Assembly (NCBI GenBank): GCA_016748015.1
Contig: JAAOMT010000008.1
Coordinates: forward strand, 36,032 to 49,034
DNA length: 13,003 nt
Direction: 5' to 3'
Source of the DNA: Geosiphon pyriformis uo1
Lineage: Eukaryota > Fungi > Glomeromycota
Shown one piece after another: positions 8,241-13,003 of the stretch (the stretch's first letter is position 1; each line of letters begins with the position of its first letter). Position numbers and translations under genes: made by a program. The notes beneath the pieces are model-generated. The model made no database searches, was not told the DNA's origin, and saw only the letters and a program-made list of their open reading frames with translations.

Positions 8241-8947
8241 TACATAGTTCAGAGTATTGCATGATTTGATCATTGCAATTAGATTACATTTGTATTGTGT
8301 ACAAATTGGGTTATTAATTAAATGATAATTTCGGACATTTTGCTAATGTAATAAGTGATAATTTGAAACAATAATATATGCTAATTAATGATAGGATTTA
8401 TAAGATAATTTTATGCTAAATAATATCTCTAATTTTGTCTGGTAATAGCATCTCAAATCCAGTTGTTTACTATTAACTCTAAATGATGATAGTAATTGAT
8501 ACTTAAAACATGCAGAAACAATAGCTTTTGATCATGGCTATTGATAAGATACTAACTTACATTGTCTTGGCTTATTGTCTTTATTTTTCTTTATCTCTTT
8601 TATTTTTGTTTTTATTTTATTGGGTATACTAATTGATTGAAGATTAAGCACTAAGTATTGACATCAAGGACTGTCTGGTAAAAGAACCCTGCAAGTGGGT
8701 AGGATGTGTAAAAATTACGGATTGCTTACCAGAAGATTGCTGGCCACTATGCTGAGAAAAAAATTGACAGAATTGCAATTCCAGGAAGCTATGGATAAAA
8801 TAATATGAGAATCTCTGTCCATTATACAAAGAACTCCAATCAAAATCTTCTGATCAAAACACCTTCAGACATTACTAATGTTATCAATTAAGCACCAAGT
8901 TACAGGTTTGTTATTTGTTTTGAGACTCCAAATAATCATCTGTAATA

Positions 8948-11000
8948 CTAGCTTTTTATTAAATATGACAAATAAATCTAAATAAATCTCAAATAAAATA
9001 ATAGATTTTGCCAGATACAACTGTGCTTTTAGCTACCAAAAAATGTTTTTGTATCTCTTTTGGCAAAAAAAAAAGAGTAAATAGTCTAATTTATAATTAC
9101 ATTAGTTTTTATATTGTCAGGAATTTTTAAATGATCTTTAATCTTTATTCAATTTACAATAAAATTCTTATTTTTAATTAAATTAGCAATATGTTTTTTT
9201 TTATTTAGTATTGATTATAAAAATTAAACACAGCTAATATTGTTTTAGATATATACATATTAATAGTAGCTTGGCTATTTAGATGCAAAATTACCACACC
9301 AAAAGATAAAACACATTTTAAAAACAGAGCAACAGCTTGTAATTTGGTTATATTAGAAGACAGAAATTTATGTATCTTAATACCAATATCCATATTTATG
9401 ATTAGAAAGTAAGTGGCAGTTCTACTAATAATATAAGTAAAACTAGCATTCTTTAAAGACTTATTTATATAAATTTCTATAGAATCAGACCAAATTTCAT
9501 ACAAATAACTTTATATATTAGAAAACTTTCTTGATTCCAAAATGTTAAGCCAGATAACTGATTTGTTTTAGCCAAATCAACCAAGAAAAACTTTTATTAT
9601 GTAGAAATCTTGAACCAATAAGGCACAAAGCTTCTAAGATCTAATTTTTTTATCAGTAAAAAGTTTTTTAGTCTATTATATTGTCTTTCTTATCTAAAAA
9701 CTTATTACTAAATACAACTTCAAACTGCTTTAAAGAACAAATTAAACTAAAATATAAGGATTATTACAAAATAATTAATATTAAAAACTTATTAAGACTA
9801 TAAAATGTATTGAACAGATTGTTCATTAAAGACAACTTAAAGTCCAAAAAAAATTTTACTATTTTAGCCAAAAAATTGTTTATCAGACTAATATGTAACT
9901 TAATAAAAAACTGCAAAAAATTCAAAGAAACCCAACTCAAAACCTGTAAATTTAAAAATTTGTAGTTAAATAAGCATTCAAAAATGCTCAAAGCATTAGA
10001 AAAAATAACCAATACAGCTAATTTTTTTTAAACTGCATTTGTTCAAATAGTTTCATATAGAAAAAGATAATATAAAGCTTTACTAAAAAAATCATGTAGC
10101 AAACAGACTTTAGACTTAAGATTTTTTTTAATTATAACATTTTATTTGTAACACATATTTGACAAGACAAAACTAAACTGAGTTCTATAATCAACTATAG
10201 GTTACAGAATGGCCAACATCAAATATAAAAACTGCTTATTCATAATAGTTTTTCTAAAAACCACATTAACAAAAAATTGAACATTAAAATAAGTCTTGAT
10301 CAGATTTGGCTTAAACAATTTCTCAGTTGACAAAAAAATTTCCAGATATCTGTGAACTTTATCTTTCTTAGTTATTAAAATTAATAGGCCACTGATTCTT
10401 AAAAAACAATTTTAATACTCTAATTAATAAAAATAGTTATAGTTTTTTTATTATTAATAGAAATATCATTAATTGAAAAAAATTCACTAACAATGTTTAA
10501 AACATACTGTATAAAAGCTTGACAATTTTTAATCTAAATTGTATTATCCACAAATATTTATGTCTCTTAATCTTATACAAAAATAGATCATAAAAAATTT
10601 TTTAAAGAAGAAATAAGAAGACTTTATTCTAATTTAATTCATTATACACTTTATAGCCACTTAAGAAGCCAAAATTAGTCATTATTTTATTAACTCTATT
10701 TTTATGTATGCTGCCAAAAAATTTAATAAACTTGTTACATATTTTGATTTGCTTTAAGTTAGTTCTCAAATGATGCCAATTAACTAAGTCATATACTTTG
10801 TACATATTTTATAGAACCAATTAAAGTTCTCTATTTTTTTCTAAAGTATTTTCAATCACTAACTTAATAGCAAATACAAGAGACTAAATAGATATGTTTT
10901 TTAAAACAAAAAAATTATTATCATGGAGAACACCAAACTTGTAATATGTAAATAAAATCCAATTAAATAGAACTTTGGAGAAAATTTTCTTGGCTATCTC
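8948..11000 (-). mobile_element. Highly degenerate non-LTR retrotransposon (LINE-like) ORF2 relic: RT + RNase H
   Basis: RT remnants on the minus strand: EIAKKIFSKVL; VL*NMYKVYDLVNW (D..KAYD.V.W); L(N)*NKVFLFLL (QG..LSPLL); IFVDNT at 10543-10554 (FVDD); HRYLEIFL (YLG). Downstream RNase H remnants follow. Confidence 0.85.
9100..9480 (-). pseudogene. Cellular-type RNase HI domain of the LINE relic
   Basis: IYINKS (YTDGS), TKLQAVALFL (AEL.A), HLNSQATI (DSQ), *IKIKDHLKIPDNIKTN (W.KVKGH.G..GN..AD). Each catalytic acidic residue appears converted by G>A. Confidence 0.8.
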
Positions 11001-11240
11001 AAATAGTTTATTGTTATAGCTTAATTAGTTATAATTAAAGTAATATTATTTTATTAAATTTAAATAAAATTAAAATAATTGTTTTTTTAAAAAAATTAAT
11101 GAAAATTTTTTTGATGATTATAATTTAATTTAAATGTATTTTTGGTTTTTTTAAATTATTTTATAATATAAATATAACTTTGAAATTTTCAAAAAATAAT
11201 AATTCTTTTAGAATTATTTATATTTGAAAATAATTTTTTG

Positions 11241-11283
11241 TTTATCTGTAATATTTTTTCTTTATCTGTAATATTTTTTCTTT
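11241..11283. repeat. Perfect 20-bp tandem duplication (tttatctgtaatattttttc x2)
   Basis: Identical copies at 11241-11260 and 11261-11280. Confidence 0.9.
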
Positions 11284-11701
11284 TAAAAACCAAAAAATTA
11301 ATATTTAAAGCATAAAATTTTTTAATAATAACTTTTACTATTTTTAATAAATCTAACAACTATTTATTTAAATTAAAAACAAACAAATTTATCCAAAAAT
11401 AAATTTGTTTTATTATTAAAATTTTTTACTTTTTATTCTGTTTTTTTTTAAAACTTTTACCAACAGGACCAGAAATAGCTTTATTAGCCAACTTTTATCG
11501 GTCAAATTATTATTAATAATAATTATTAGTTTTTAAACAAAAGAATTTGTATTTTGTGAAATATTAATAAACAAAATAAAAAACTTCTTTTTACAAAAAT
11601 AATTTCTCTTTGAGAAATAAGAAAAAGAAGTTTTTTTATGATATTTTTTCTTTAATTTTTTAAAATTTTATTCTATATTAAAATATATGATTAATTTAAC
11701 A

Positions 11702-11973
11702 AAATCGACCCACTCGCAACACGTAATATTAATATATATAGAATTTTAATATTTATTTATTAGTAATTCTAATAAATATTAGTTTAATTAAAATAAAAAA
11801 TAACTTTTTCTTATATAAAATTGAATATAGATTATATATTTAATTTTTTATTATGCCTTAAGTTATTTATAGTGTTTTATAATTAAAAAAACACTTCGTT
11901 AATATGTTCCTATATATAGTTGAATACGAAACTATGACGTAAATGATATCACGTGTTGCGGGTGGGTCGATTT
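11702..11973. mobile_element. MITE-like / non-autonomous element, 272 bp, with 30-bp inverted repeats
   Basis: Left AAATCGACCCACTCGCAACACGTAATATTA (11702-11731) matches the reverse complement of 11944-11973 (AAATCGACCCACCCGCAACACGTGATATCA) at 27/30, all differences transitions. The interior is AT-rich and non-coding. No clear TSD. Confidence 0.65.
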
Positions 11974-12095
11974 AGCAATTCCCTAAACTAAACATATTTA
12001 CAATACAATAATTATTAAATAACAATGATATTATATAGGGATACTGCAAAGGTTAAAAACTCTGATTAATTTAACAATAGTGGGTTTGTAACCTA

Positions 12096-12145
12096 AATGG
12101 TAAATTTATACTAATAAATCAATAGTAAATTTATACTCATAAATC
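12096..12145. repeat. 25-bp tandem duplication
   Basis: aatggtaaatttatactaataaatc / aatagtaaatttatactcataaatc, 23/25 identical. Confidence 0.85.
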
Positions 12146-12237
12146 AAAGATCTAAAACGTCATTAACACGAACCAAACATATATATAGGCCATATCTTCC
12201 CAAACCATAACAAACACGCAAAACACTATGGCGAGAT

Positions 12238-12444
12238 ATTAAATAAGCATTGAAGAGAAAGGTTAAGTGAATTAAAGAAGAGTATCCGAACGAAAAGGAA
12301 ATGAAAAAGTGGATAGAAGAAAAGGAAGTAAAAAACCTAGAGGTAGAAAAGAACGAGTGGAAGGTGCAGATGCAAAATTTACAAGATGCCTCGATGGAAA
12401 CAAATAAGACTGGTGATGACTTCGTGACTCAGCATCTATTCTAG
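12238..12444 (+). pseudogene. Possible gene fragment encoding a charged coiled-coil-like peptide
   Basis: IK*ALKRKVK*IKEEYPNEKEMKKWIEEKEVKNLEVEKNEWKVQMQNLQDASMETNKTGDDFVTQHLF*. Purine-rich, coding-like composition; an out-of-frame ATG at 12228 and a TATATA at ~12180. No recognisable family. Confidence 0.3.
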
Positions 12445-12703
12445 TATATTATCCTACGCCCTTTTGGTTTAATCCTTTGGCCGATTTTTGGATTAGAATA
12501 TTATGGGCATTCGCTATGACTTGTTACGTGTTCGACATGGCTCTTAGTGCCTCAGCCTGCGCTCTATTTCTATTATATTATCCTACGCTCTTTTGGTTTA
12601 ACCCTTTGGCCGATGTTTGGATTAGAATGTTATGGGCAAATCTCTATGACTTGTTACGTAATGGCTCTTAGTGCCTCAGCCTGCACTCTATTCCAGTTTA
12701 TTA
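12435..12703. repeat. Tandem repeat, ~124-128-bp unit, 2 full copies plus partial
   Basis: Copies start at 12435, 12563 and 12687 (partial). Shared blocks include tatattatcctacg, cctttggccgat, ctatgacttgttacgt and atggctcttagtgcctcagcctgc. Confidence 0.92.
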
Positions 12704-13003
12704 GTAAGTAATTACGATTTTGCATGATATTGGCCTGTATATATTTTTGAAAATATTAATTTATCGTTGTAGAGGCAAAATCAACAAAATCTTGAGAGGT
12801 CTTTTGATGAGAATAGCTTCGAACTATTAAAAAAGTCTGATGATTTAAATACATTGAGACTTTCATCGTATTATATAGAAAGGTCTGCTGAATTTCACGA
12901 AAAGGTAAGATCAATGTTTTTATTTAGTTCGTTCTAAGTTTGATTGCCAACTTTTAAACCTATATTTCTTTGTTATATAACCTAGGGAGAATCAACTTCT
13001 GAT

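Larger units (their letters stand above)
1..8947 (-). mobile_element. Ty3/Gypsy (Metaviridae) LTR retrotransposon, inactivated by nonsense mutations; 3' part (PPT, 3' LTR) lies outside the window
   Basis: Gag-PR-RT-RNaseH-IN domain order on the minus strand, with IN after RH as in Gypsy. RT motifs SPWASPVVLV, FCVDY, MPF(R)LCNAPATFQR, YLD(N). An LTR-like segment lies upstream. Confidence 0.97.
7791..8947 (-). repeat. Putative 5' LTR (~1157 bp)
   Basis: On the minus strand it starts TATTACAG at 8947, probably a mutated TGTTACAG, exactly where LINE homology stops. An alternative start is TGTAAC at 8904. It ends ...TTTTCTTATTACA at 7791 after a T-rich U5-like tract. Internal order is repeat array, TATA box, AATAAA. 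The second LTR is not in the window, so boundaries are inferred. Confidence 0.7.

Noticed and set aside
9764-10012. 82-aa ORF as an independent gene
   Set aside because: It lies between the RT and RNase H remnants on the same strand and is best read as a residual piece of LINE ORF2.
11000-11700. Extremely AT-rich tract (one G/C in 11041-11100) as an origin, centromere or LINE ORF1 relic
   Set aside because: No diagnostic motif can be recovered. It is probably fully eroded repeat DNA, but that cannot be supported.
12477-12671. 64-aa hydrophobic ORF as a real membrane protein gene
   Set aside because: It starts at a TTG inside a tandem repeat and changes register within the second copy; there is no independent support.

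Overview
AT-rich eukaryotic repeat DNA, probably fungal. The protein style resembles Glomeromycotina (arbuscular-mycorrhiza-type) transposons, but that is an unverified impression. No intact host gene is visible. Positions 1-8947 hold a large minus-strand Ty3/Gypsy LTR retrotransposon whose 3' end runs off the window. It has a ~1.15 kb 5' LTR with a TATA box, a 20-bp-period palindromic repeat array and a poly(A) signal. One ~2400-codon reading frame follows, broken almost only by transition-type stop codons. Domain order: ~290-aa unknown N-terminal extension, Gag capsid, CCHC knuckle, Q/N/Y/P-rich tract, aspartic protease, unknown multi-CxxC domain, trimeric dUTPase, possible second degenerate dUTPase-like fold, RT, RNase H, integrase. 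An extra ORF that the ORF track missed lies downstream of pol, in the env position. The element appears inserted into an older, heavily hypermutated LINE-like element (RT + RNase H, ~8948-11000). The right end holds an extremely AT-rich stretch, a MITE-like element with 30-bp inverted repeats, and several tandem duplications.
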